A DNA stretch of 64,000 bases from Lytechinus pictus (lineage: Eukaryota), in assembly GCF_037042905.1 (NCBI RefSeq), contig NC_087250.1, positions 16,308,001-16,372,000 of the forward strand, written 5' to 3'. A model generated the notes under the pieces. The model ran no database searches. It worked only from the letters and a program-made list of their open reading frames with translations, and was not told where the DNA came from. A program made the translations under genes and the position numbers. Every line of letters begins with the position of its first letter. Within the stretch, counting starts at the first letter, position 1. Positions 50,559 to 61,799 of the stretch are shown one piece after another.

Positions 50559-52454
50559 CACTACTCAAAAAAAGTTAAGGACCACTTTTTAATGTGTGTA
50601 TACAATTTTCAAACCGGGTGTTGTATTTCTAGAAATACCCGAATATGGCTGTCTTGAATATCCTCAAACACCCTGTAACAATTTCACACATGGGTGGTTT
50701 CAGTTGTTGCATGATGTCTCTCGCATTATTGCATATCCTGAAAAGTGGGCCCATTGTGAAGTGGTACAAATGTGGATTCAAATGCATTTTCTGTCTTTAG
50801 TCTCTACAATCAACAAATTGCTGACAACAGCAATGCCAATATACAGCTGTCCAGGATGCCATCAAACACAATGAAATCAATTTCACACATGCAGTTCTTT
50901 CATGTCTCTTGCATCATTGCAATGTGCCCGTACAAAAGTGGCTTCCAAAGCATTTTCTGTCTTTAGTCTCTACAATCAACAACTTGCTGACAATAGCAAT
51001 GCCAAGATACAGCTGTCCAGAATGCCATCAAACACAATGACATCAATTTCACACATGCAGTTCTTTCATGATGTCTCTGGCATCATTGCAGTGGGCCATA
51101 AGACAAGTGTCTTCCAAAGCATTTTCCGTCTTTAGTCTGTACAATCAACAACTTGCCTACAACAGCAATGCCAAGACACCACCTAAGTGAAACAGATGTA
51201 GCCAGAGCCCTAGGGATGCTGGAAGCTGGCCTCAGTCAGCGAAGAGTAGCCAGAATGATGGGCGTGTCACACAGTGTCATTAGCAGAGCAAATCAAAGAC
51301 ACCGAGAGACAGGGCTATACTCCGAGAGACCCCGCAGTGGCCGACCAGTTTCGACAACCCCTAGAGATGATCGCTACTTGACGAATCTCAGCCTCCGCAA
51401 CCGCTTTCACAGTGCACGCCGCCTCAACAATGACTTCGCTGCAGCAACTGGAGTGATTTTTTCCACTCAAACAATCCGTAACCGACTTCACAGAGCCAAT
51501 ATGCATGCCAGACGGCCAGCTCAGTGTGTCCCACTCACCCCTGCTCACAGAAGAATTCGTCTCAACTGGGCCCGGGAGCATGTCAGATGGACCAGACAGC
51601 AATGGCGTAGAGTTCTGTTCACAGATGAGAGCAGATTTTCCCTTGACCACAATGATGGACGTTCGAGAGTCTGGAGGCGACCAGGAGAGAGATTTGCAGA
51701 CCCCTGTATTGCAGAACATGACCGTTATGGGGGAGGCAGCGTCATGGTGTGGGGAGGCATCACCTACGCCAACCGTACTCGTCTCTACGTGGTCCCAGGG
51801 GGAGCAATGACAGGAGTGAGGTACAGGGATGAGGTCCTTGAACCTATAGTGGTGCCATTTGCAGAAAATGTGGGACAAAACATCATTTTCATGGATGACA
51901 ATGCCCGTGCCCACCGAGCTAGGGTGGTGACCGAGTTCCTTGAGGGCCAGGGGATTGAGCGTATGGAGTGGCCAGCGAGGTCCCCGGACTTAAACCCGAT
52001 AGAGCACGTCTGGGACATGATGGGGAGGAGTCTCGAGCAGCTCGAAGCCCATCCACTTGGACTGCAGCAGCTGGGTGTGGCTCTGGAGGCTGCATGTGAT
52101 GCACTGGACGTCAGAGACATCAATCGCCTCATCAGCTCCATGAGACAGCGCTGTGAAGCCGTTATTGCTGCAGGAGGTGGTCACACTCGTTACTGAACTG
52201 CCTGAAAGACACTCAGACATTCGTTTTTACCACTTCATGTCGGTAGCTGATACCCCTCGGGGCCCACTTTTCAGGATGTGCAGTGATGCGAGAGACATTG
52301 TGCAACAACTGAAACCACCCATGCGTGAAATTGATTACAGCGTGTTTAAGGACATTTAGGACAGTTGTACTGAGGTATTTCCAGAAATAAAACACCTTGT
52401 ATAAAATCTTTATGTACGTTTTAAAAAGTGGTCCTTAACTTTTTTTGAGTAGTG
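50559..52454 (+). mobile_element. Full-length Tc1-family DNA transposon (DD34E), 1896 bp
   Basis: TA on both flanks (50557-58, 52455-56). TIRs begin CACTACTCAAAAAAAGTTAAGGACCACTTTTTAA (outer 34 bp perfect) and stay imperfectly complementary to about 190 bp. Contains an intact transposase ORF. Confidence 0.97.
51168..52196 (+). CDS. Tc1 transposase, 342 aa
   Basis: ATG at 51168; paired-like HTH, GRP linker (RSGRP) and second HTH; catalytic FTDESRF, MDDNARAH and SPDLNPIE with 34 residues between the second D and E; C-terminal GGHTRY. No stops or frameshifts. Confidence 0.97.
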   Translation: MPRHHLSETDVARALGMLEAGLSQRRVARMMGVSHSVISRANQRHRETGLYSERPRSGRPVSTTPRDDRYLTNLSLRNRFHSARRLNNDFAAATGVIFSTQTIRNRLHRANMHARRPAQCVPLTPAHRRIRLNWAREHVRWTRQQWRRVLFTDESRFSLDHNDGRSRVWRRPGERFADPCIAEHDRYGGGSVMVWGGITYANRTRLYVVPGGAMTGVRYRDEVLEPIVVPFAENVGQNIIFMDDNARAHRARVVTEFLEGQGIERMEWPARSPDLNPIEHVWDMMGRSLEQLEAHPLGLQQLGVALEAACDALDVRDINRLISSMRQRCEAVIAAGGGHTRY

Positions 52455-52816
52455 TATATATACAATTCATGCCCATCGCCTGTACTCTTCACATGCTAAC
52501 TAATGAGCTAGATTGCATCCCAGTGCATGATCATCTCATCTATGCTACTGACCGCGATTTATCGCTAATCTCCGAAGAGCGGAGGATCAAAACACAGAGA
52601 GAGAGATGTCACATCCCCACTTGTTCTTTTATATTTTATTATATGAAATTAGGTTTATTCAAAAATGTTCTACCAAGAACTAAAACAATTAGATTGACAA
52701 CTGAATAAATGCATTTATAGTTATTTATTGCTGCAATTTATTTCATCATAATGCACATGTTTTCTGTTTATACATGAACATGTACGAAAAAATGTAACAT
52801 CCATGATTTCATGTAA

Positions 52817-55800
52817 TAGTAGACCGGCCAAAACGATTTTTTATACTTTGGACGGCAAAATTTGTTAATGCTTGCTAATGCTTGGCATCCCAGCTAATAG
52901 TCTTGCAAAATACCCAGGAATAGCGTACGGCCGGATGCCAAGCGCAATTTTGCGTGAAAAAGTCATTTTTAGCGTAAAAACTGAAAGAATGTCGAAAATC
53001 ACGCATTTTGATATTTTGACGGATTATTTTAATATTTTTTATTATCTTTGATATGCATTTATTTTTATTCAAAGTTTCAAATTATAAGTTTCATAAATAT
53101 GCATTTCAAATTTGAATATTACACACACATATATGGCACAGGGAAACATAATACCGCAATTTCCTCAACATAAAAGTTTGTGAAAACTATCAATAGTTTT
53201 TTACGCAACTTAAATTCTTCGATTTAACTGCGTTTATCCATCAAATGTATAGTAAATGTCCTAATGTCACAGATATTACAATAATTTTCAAGTAAGATGG
53301 AATATATCTCATTTTATATTATCCGAAAGGAGACAATGTGCATTTTACCAGGTGCGCATTTTGAAAGAAAAATTGAAAATACCGTACATTATGTACATAA
53401 TTACATGTATAAGTACATACTAAAGCGAGTTTTTAATTACATATATAAGTACACACTAAAGCGAGTTTTTAATTGAATAGCACAATTTGTCAATTCTTTG
53501 CATCCCAGCTCAAATTCTTGCGGAAATACTGAGGAATAACGTACGGGCGGATGCCAAGTGCACTTTTGCGTGAAAGTATCATTTTTAGCGTGAAATCTGA
53601 AAGACTGTCGAAAATCACGCATTTTGATATTTTGACGGATTATCATCATATTTTTGGTTATCTTTGATATGGAATTATTTTTATTCAGAGTTTCTAATTA
53701 TAAGTCTACTAAATATGTATTTCAATTTGGAATATTACACACACATATATGGCAATATGACATTAAAAAATCGTGATTTACTCAAAATAGAAGTTTGTGA
53801 ACACTATCAATAGTTCTAAATTTGTTTACAACTTAAATTCTTCGATTTAAATTGGTTCACCTATTGAATATCTTTGAGCTTTGATTCAAAGCTCACTCAG
53901 AGGCTACCGCATAATTTTTTTGAACCACTATTTAAAACAGTGTGGAGTAAAAAGCAAATTCCAGATGACTGGTCACAAGGTATTATTGTCAAAATTCCAA
54001 AGAAAGGGAACCTGAGAAATTGCAATAACTGGCGTGGAATCACCCTCTTATCGATTGCTAGTAAGATTTTTTCGAAGATAATTGTGAACCGTATAACAAG
54101 TGCAGTAGACCGGCATCTCAGAGAAGAGCAAGCAGGATTCCGCAGAGGAAGAGGATGCCAAGATAGACCAAATATTTGCACTGCGTAACATCATAGAACA
54201 GTGCACAGAATGGCAGAGACAAATGTATATCAACTTTGTCGATTTTGAGAAAGCATTTGACAGCATCCATAGAGAAAGCTTGTGGCGAATACTTTGTTCG
54301 TACGGGATACCAAAGGACATTGTCCAAATTATTAAGAGCTTTTACTCTAACTTTACATGCAACGTTGGAAATAGTGACATAAAATTTGAAGTAAAATCAG
54401 GAGTTAGACAGGGATGTGTCATGTCTGCAATCCTCTTCATTATCACCATTGACTGGGTAATGAGGAAAACTACCGAAGATCACCCGAGAGGTATCAGATG
54501 GTCCATATTTTCCACCCTGGAAGACCTCGACTATGCCGATGATCTTGCCTTATTTTCACATACACACCAGCATATGCAAACAAAGACGACACGGTTGAGT
54601 TAATATGCCCAACAAGTTGGCCTTAAAATTAACGAAAACAAAACAGAGATAATGACATTGAATAACACAAATCCGTTACCAGTACAAGTGAATGGGAAAG
54701 ATGTTTCTACAGCAGAGGAGTTCAAGTACCTTGGTAGCGTTGTCACAAGTGATGGTGGGGCAGAAAATGACATCAGAAACCGTCTGAATAAAGCATATAT
54801 ATCATTTAGAATGCTGAACAAAAGTTGGAGATCACAGCAGTATAGCACAAGAACAAAGCTGAGACTATATCAAAGTTGTGCTCTCTCCACCCTACTATAT
54901 GGATCTGAGTGCTGGAGAATGACGGAGAAAGACCTCCATAAACTGTCAGTCTTTCATTCAAAAAGCCTCAGAAAGACCCTTCAAATTTTATGGCCAAATA
55001 CAATCACAAACGAAGAATTACTTACGCGATGTAAACAAGAGAACATGGGAACCATAATCCTCAGAAGACGATGGAAATGGATTGGACATATCCTTAGAAT
55101 GGATGCCCAGAACATCACCCGTTTAGCTCTCCATGGCCACTGGACCCCCGAAGGGAGAAGAAAGAGGGGGCGGCCCAAGATCACATGGCGCAGAACAGTA
55201 GAGGGAGAACTAAAACACTTAAGGCACACATGGACAACTATACAGATCTTGGCCCAGGACCGACAGAAGTGGAGGACATTCGTTGCTGCCCTACATGCCA
55301 ATGGAGGCATAGCAGGCAGTAATTAAGTAACCTATTGAATATCGATCGTTTCTAATGTCACAAATATTAAAAGAATTTTCAAGTAAGATGGAAGAAATAT
55401 TTTCCGAAAGGGGGCATGCAAAATTTAGCGGGGAGGGGGGGGGGGCATTTTGAATGTAAAATTGAAGATACTGTAAATTATTAACATAATTACATGAATA
55501 AGTACATACTTAAAACGAGTTACAAAATTTCTGGCCACAACTGCCTCTCCCCCCCCCCCTCCCCCGCTGCCTAAAGTCATGTGTAGTGTCCGAAAGGGTT
55601 ACATGGAGCTGAAAGTATCCCGTTTTCAAGATAATATACCACTAGCGTAAAGGGGGGGGGGGGGCAGACTCCCCCCCCCCCGACGAACTTGAAGACCTTT
55701 TTTGCCCCCCCCCCCCATTAACGAGCTTGAAGACCTTTTTTTTGCTTGTCAATTTTTTTGGCCGACGGTTTTGCCCCCCCCCCCCTGAGGAAAATCCTAG

Positions 55801-57061
55801 GTACGCTACTGTTTCTATGATTTTGGATATAGATATTCCTACAAAATTAATGTTACCATGGTAACGGCAAATTAAATATCAGACCTATTTATGAATATCG
55901 CCACAGGTAGATTTACGTTCAGCACCAATTAATTCGCGGAAATAGCAAGAAGATCGAACTCTACAAAAGTAAACATAATCCTACATAATATCATGACGAG
56001 TATCGCACTGATTAATATTAGTATGTGCAATATAGATGTAGTATTGTGATCTGTTTGTATTTTATCAGAAATGCGCATCCGATAAATTTACATTGTTATC
56101 TTTCGCATATATAACATAAAAGGATATATCTTGCATCTTATTTCAACATTTGTTTTCACTATATGTGCCATGACAACAATTATTGTGTATTTATTCGGTT
56201 AGCGCTAAAATTGACGAAATTGAGATGCGGAACACAAACATTATACTATTGATAGTTTTCACAAACTATTATTTTTAGTAAATCACGATTTTATAATTCT
56301 TATTGCCATATATGTGTGTGTATTATTCCAAATTGAAATGCATATTTACTAGACTTATAATTTAATGCAAAGAATTGACAAATTGTGCTATCCAATTAAA
56401 AACTCGCTTTAGAATGCACTTATACATGTAATTAAAAACTCGCTTTAGTATGTACTTTATACATGTAATTACGTACATAATGTACGGTATTTTCAATTTT
56501 TCTTTCAAAATGCGCACCTGGTAAAATGCACATTGTCTCCTTTCGGATAACATAAAGTGAAATTTCTTCCATCTTACTTGAAAATTCTTTTAATATTTGT
56601 GACATTAGGACATTTACTATACATTTGATGGATAAACGCAGTTAAACCGAAGAATTTAAGCTGCGTAAAAAAACATAAAACTATTGATAGTTTTCACCAA
56701 CTTTTATTTTGAGGAAATCGCGGTTTAATGTTTCCCTGTGCCATATGTGTGTGTGTAATATTCAAATTTGAAATGCATATTTATGAGACTTATAATTTGA
56801 AACTATGAATGAAAATAATTGCATATCAAAGATAATCAAAAGTATGATGATAATCCGTCAAAATATCAAAATGCGTGATTTTCGACATTCTTTCAGTTTT
56901 TACGCTAAAAATGACATTTTCACGCAAAATTGCGCTTGGCATCCGGCCGTACGCTATTTCTGGGTATTTTTGCAAGACTTTTAGCTGGGATGCCAAGCAT
57001 TAACAAATTTTGCCGTCGAATCCTTATCTAAAGCACTTTTTGACTTTTGGCCGGTCTACTA
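52817..57061. mobile_element. 4.2-kb non-autonomous TIR element with long inverted arms (Academ-like termini), carrying the RTE insertion
   Basis: TIR TAGTAGACCGGCCAAAA / TTTTGGCCGGTCTACTA; TAA on both flanks (52814-16, 57062-64). A ~615-bp unit occurs twice in the left arm and is inverted at ~56240-57020. Confidence 0.8.
53873..55329 (+). mobile_element. 5'-truncated RTE-clade LINE (RT domain and C-terminus), disrupted
   Basis: IPKKGNL..CNNWRGITLL, EQAGFRRGR, FVDFEKAFDSI, GVRQGC, YADD, RRRWKWIGH, GRRKRGRPK.TWRR. 14-bp TSD ACCTATTGAATATC (53859-72, 55330-43). Frameshift near 54165 and stop at 54601. Confidence 0.93.
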
Positions 57062-57287
57062 TAAGAGGAAACCCAAAAAATAATAAATAATAACCTTCAC
57101 ACAGGGCCTTCACACCTCCATTGCTTCAATGCAAACAAAAATGAATGCGAATAAAGCAGAAATTCGACATGACCTTAAGAAGTAAGAAGTCAAACATCAT
57201 TTCATTTTTCTGATAAAACATATTGCCCTGCATTAGAAGACAGTAGGAACATATCTCATTTTCTGAACGCTTAAATGCATTCCTATA

Positions 57288-58101
57288 CAGTGCGTCCCAG
57301 AAAAAACGAAACCGAGATTTAGCGAAAATTTATCATAACTTAATCATAAATAAAATAGACAAATGACCTACCAATGTAAAGCTTAGAATCTCCTCTTTCA
57401 TCTGGTATTACCTAGATTATTCCTCATTCACGCATGAGTGAGCAAAAACAATTCGAAGAAAGAATGCCAAAAACTCATTTGGCGGGGGTATCTGAATTTC
57501 AAAAAGAAAATCATATGTCTAAAAAGTTCAATATCTGCTCTTTTATTTGATACCTTAATCACAGAAAATGGTCAAGAAGTAAAAAAGTTATGATCCCTCG
57601 AAAGAATGCTTGTTTTTCCATAATTTCATTAAATAAACGTGTTTTCACCGGTTTCCCACCGAAGCTATCGCACGGTAACAAAAGACTTAATGCATGGTTG
57701 ATCGTCAACAAAACGGAGTGTCAAGTGAGTTTGGACGCTTGCCTGTAAAACCTTTTCATTTTATGAAATTATTGAAATTCAAGCCTTATTTCAAATAACC
57801 AGAACTTTGTTATTTCTTGACCATTTTCTGTAATTGAGGTATCAAATTAAAGAGCAGATATTGAACTTTTTAGAAATGTGTTTTTCTTTTGAAAACCCAG
57901 ATACGGCCCGCCAAGTGACTTTTTGGTATCCCCTTTTCAAATTGTTTTTGCTCACTTATGCGTGAATGAGAAATAAACTAATTTCAGATGAAAGAGGAGA
58001 TTCTAAGCTTTAAAATGGTATGTTATCTGTCTATTGTACTTGTGATTAAGTTATGATAAATCATCGATCAATCTCGGTTTCGTTTTTTCTGGGACGCACT
58101 G
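57288..58101. mobile_element. Palindromic TA-flanked MITE (CAGTG termini, Tc1/mariner type)
   Basis: TA|CAGTGCGTCCCAGAAAAAACGAAACCGAGATT ... AATCTCGGTTTCGTTTTTTCTGGGACGCACTG|TA; arms complementary for >300 bp. Confidence 0.9.
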
Positions 58102-58138
58102 TATACATATCAAAACATGTTACGTAGATACAATTTAA

Positions 58139-59025
58139 GGACGTTCCACAGTTATGTTTGTGCGTATCTTGATTTGCGCACAATGGATGGACAGGTGATT
58201 AATCAGCTGTAGGTATGAACCGATTTTACTCATTATACACTCTAACTGCAGATCCAATGTTTTATTTTATGAAGCTAATAAACTGGAATTATTCCATAGA
58301 CCAATTCCTAAAAATACTTCTACAAAGTAGTGCTGTAAAGTATAACGAACATTACCCCGAGTTTGAATAAATGGTAGACTGGTTTCAAATTTTTACTGAC
58401 ACAGATACAAAGCATTTGGCGCATTTTTGTAGTTTTAAAAAGCACATTTGCTCTGATAAAAGTGCTGACAGTTTGAAACCAAGCACATGAACCCCTATTT
58501 TTAATGTTTGCACCCCTTAGGTATGAATTCCTCTACAAATGCAAAGTTTGGTGAAAATGACACGGGGGTTTGAATAAAGTTCAGCATTTATTGTACTTCT
58601 CAAGTTTGTTATTGAAATCTCAGTCTCACAGACTGGGTTTTTGTTATCTTTCACCGAGTTTTAAGAACTGACAGTGCTGTTTAGATTTAAATGAGCAAAC
58701 AAATAGCAATATAAATAGATTCTTCATCTTGAGCATACAATTATTAACTATATTTCAAAATTTGATGAAATTTTCATGGATTTTGACTGAGTAATAGAGG
58801 TTTAAACTGATTGTATTGATCGCGTGTGGTCTAAAAATGCCAATTTCTTTTAAATGCGCAATTCTTAAAAACATTAATTTGGGTGAAGTTTGAAGCTCTA
58901 TAGCAGAAAATCAAGCGCCTGGACCCACTTTATATGTTGCATATTTGGAATATTCATGTGCTAAATTATCTCTGTGGAAAGTGTGGTAAAAATGACATGG
59001 ATTTCACTTTAACTGTGGAACATCC
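58139..59025. mobile_element. TTAA-site non-autonomous element, family C
   Basis: TTAA|GGACGTTCCACAGTTA ... TAACTGTGGAACATCC|TTAA; second copy at 44165-~45087. Confidence 0.85.
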
Positions 59026-61021
59026 TTAAAATGTTAACTCAACAATTCGACAAAAAACCCAATCATTTTAGTCAGCCTCATATGGTAGACAAAAAATCAT
59101 TTTCAACAATACTTTGCCTGAGAATGTTGAAGTATCATTAGGGTTAACATAAATTATTTACCAATAACCTGTGAATACCAGTTTGAATCATCTTATTACC
59201 ACGATTACAAAATTTTCAGGTGTATACTCGCTATCATTAATTGTTGTATTGGCACCAGTGATTTTTTTCTCTCTCTCCGTAAAATGCCCTGAACGTATTG
59301 GTGATCATAACCAAAATGTTATGGTATATGTATATTGTGGATGAGGTTCAGCTCTTTTTGTATGCACTACTGTACATTTATAATTAATATTAGATAAGAG
59401 AAGTGGCTGAAAACGGAAAGGCAGAAGAGATACCTTTTTCACTTATGACTTACATAAAAGTCGTAAGTAATATAATTAAAAAATGATACAATTATGAAAC
59501 GATGAAACGAGAAGAGGAAGGGGAGAGGGAAAGCAAGAACATACAAAAGGGAAAACGAAAGGAAATAGGGAAAAGGAAAGAAAAACTCTTGAGAAAAAAC
59601 AAATTATCGTGAAATACTAATAGGCTACTGTTGTGAAAGTTGATTGAAGAAATACATGATTTCTCATTTGATATTGATATGAACTATTGCAGAAACATTA
59701 TTTAATATATTTCATATTTCCATGATGATATAACATATCTCTCTGGTTATGTTTTATAAAAACCTCTGGTCAAATGATTGTATATATAGCACAGTGCATA
59801 TATGTCATTACCAATATTGCTTGTGCAAGGCATTTATTGACATAGCGCCAGCTAGTGTTCTCTCTAGGACAGTGTTTTCCATTGCACCAATCACTGTATA
59901 TAAACATGGAAGAACTGACAGGTTTGAGGTGACACAATCATCCAAGTTCCAGTGAATCCGGGATACCTGGTTATTAATTGTGATACAATAAGGAGGCAAA
60001 GAGGTTAGTGTCTCATAGGAAGTCTTTATTTTATGAAATGATAAATGCTAAAGATGAAAATTAGTTGAATTATTTTAGGTTCTAAATCCAGCTACTGTGC
60101 ATGTAGATTACATAACATTCACACATGTGTTACAAGATTGTCTGTAAGCAAGAAATAAGGTCAAGTCTATAGCTTATACATTGGATCCTCACATTTGAAG
60201 ATGAAATTAAATGATATTGTGATGAATAGGAGCTTCATGTATGTTCACTGAATTTGATATAATTAGTTTACTGAAATAAGATAATTTAGGTTTGTTTTGT
60301 GGAATTAATGACCAGAAAGGTTACAAGGTCAACTGAAAGTCAAGATATGGTAGCTTTATATTTAAAACAGATACACTTGAAGTTATTGATAGTATAGTGG
60401 CAACTCTAATTGTTGTGTAAATCAACGTGTCAATATACATATATTTTATTTATCAGATTATAAGCACATTCCACAATAATTGTTTAGTTTGTTGCTTAAA
60501 GAAAGAGTGAATTATCAGATGATCACCCATAAGTGTGTACAATGTATTTATGATGCTTTTTTGTATGTTTCATTGATACAGTTTTCACGGAGCTTTTGGA
60601 GCTTTTGGAGCTATATCAAAGTTCGAAGATGATTAATCGAAATGAGATAAATCAAGAATAAAGTCTCGAAGCTCCCGTAGAAGCCTTTGTCTGTCTTTCA
60701 TTCATGTGCCTCGAATGCTGTCACAGCTACACTAGCATTTTTGGTAAAAAAGTCAAATAAATGACAAAATTGAACATAAAAGGAAAAGAAAGAGGCAAAA
60801 ATAAGCGGAAAATGAAGGTTAAATGGAATGAGTCAAAAGCTAAATTTGCAAATGAAGAAAAGGGACAAGAAAAAAAAGAGAACTTAAAAACACGACCGGT
60901 CTGCATAGGATTAAAAACGGGAAGAAAAATGTATGCCATATAACACTGTGTATGAAGTCTATTTTAAACTTGATCAATTTAATGCAGTAATGGTCGCAAC
61001 CAGGACAAACAAAGTCCTAGG

Positions 61022-61449
61022 CCCGGGGGGGGGGGGGGGCACACGGGGGCCTTGGAGTGGGCTTATTGTAAAAAGGAGGTTCCTCGGAACGGGCTTCGGA
61101 ACTACAAATGTTTGTGAAAACGGGGGTCCTTGGAACGGGTCGCCTGCATGCGAGTGCGTATATGCATCCCTATGGAACGTGCATGCAGCTAGCCCGGCGG
61201 CACGACTGCCTTGCACGCTAGCGCAGAGGCGATGGTCGGACAGTGAGCTGCTGCCGCTTTTCACCAAAATTGCGACCGGAACAGCGTAACGGAAAATATG
61301 CGAAGCTTTGGAGTAGATTTCTTTGTTCTTTTTCTCAATAAGACAAAAATGCTATGCCTTGGAACGGAAATTTGAGTGTAAAAATGGGGCTCCCCTCTGT
61401 GGCACATTGCATTGTATGCATTATATACTGAGTGTGCCCCCCCCCCGGG
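61022..61449. mobile_element. Unclassified TIR element with CCCGGG(G)n termini
   Basis: CCCGGGGGGGGGGCACAC ... GTGTGCCCCCCCCCCGGG; TCCTAGG duplicated at 61015-21 and 61450-56 (7 bp). Confidence 0.75.
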
Positions 61450-61799
61450 TCCTAGGCCAAGGTCTACACACATCCTCCTATATATGTTATATATCCTACC
61501 TATTAAGTAAGCTTTACGCTGGCAAGAGTTACCGTAAATAGCTTCTTAATGTCTACAATCTCAAAAGCTACCGGGGACTTTGCCCCAGACCTCATGCAGC
61601 AGGGGCGCTTCATCTGTAACCTCCAAAGGGCCCTATATAACGGGGCACCTGTATGGACCTTCCTGCATTGAGCTTTATGTTGAAGCACTGGCGTATATGG
61701 GGTGGGGGGCTTGGTTCCACAGCCAGGGGGGGGGGGGGAGAAAATAATGATGACAAGGACAGGGAATGAATTGGGGGGGAATGAAATAATTATGATATA

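Larger units (their letters stand above)
49438..52604 (+). mobile_element. 5'-truncated non-LTR retrotransposon 3' end (RTE-X-like), interrupted by two DNA elements
   Basis: Peptides ILAKYKFPTIEDLITNP..SWKRKVK and zinc knuckle CPLCHDDDTVTHVIAAC. The frame re-opens across both insertions to ..HYIYTIHAHRLYSSHAN* (stop 52501-03). (GA)n tail; GATGT duplicated at 49433-37 and 52605-09. Clade assignment is from motif recall. Confidence 0.75.

Noticed and set aside
59749..59999. Overlapping short ORFs in a moderately GC-richer patch
   Set aside because: No motif and no consistent splice sites; cannot be distinguished from decayed repeat sequence.
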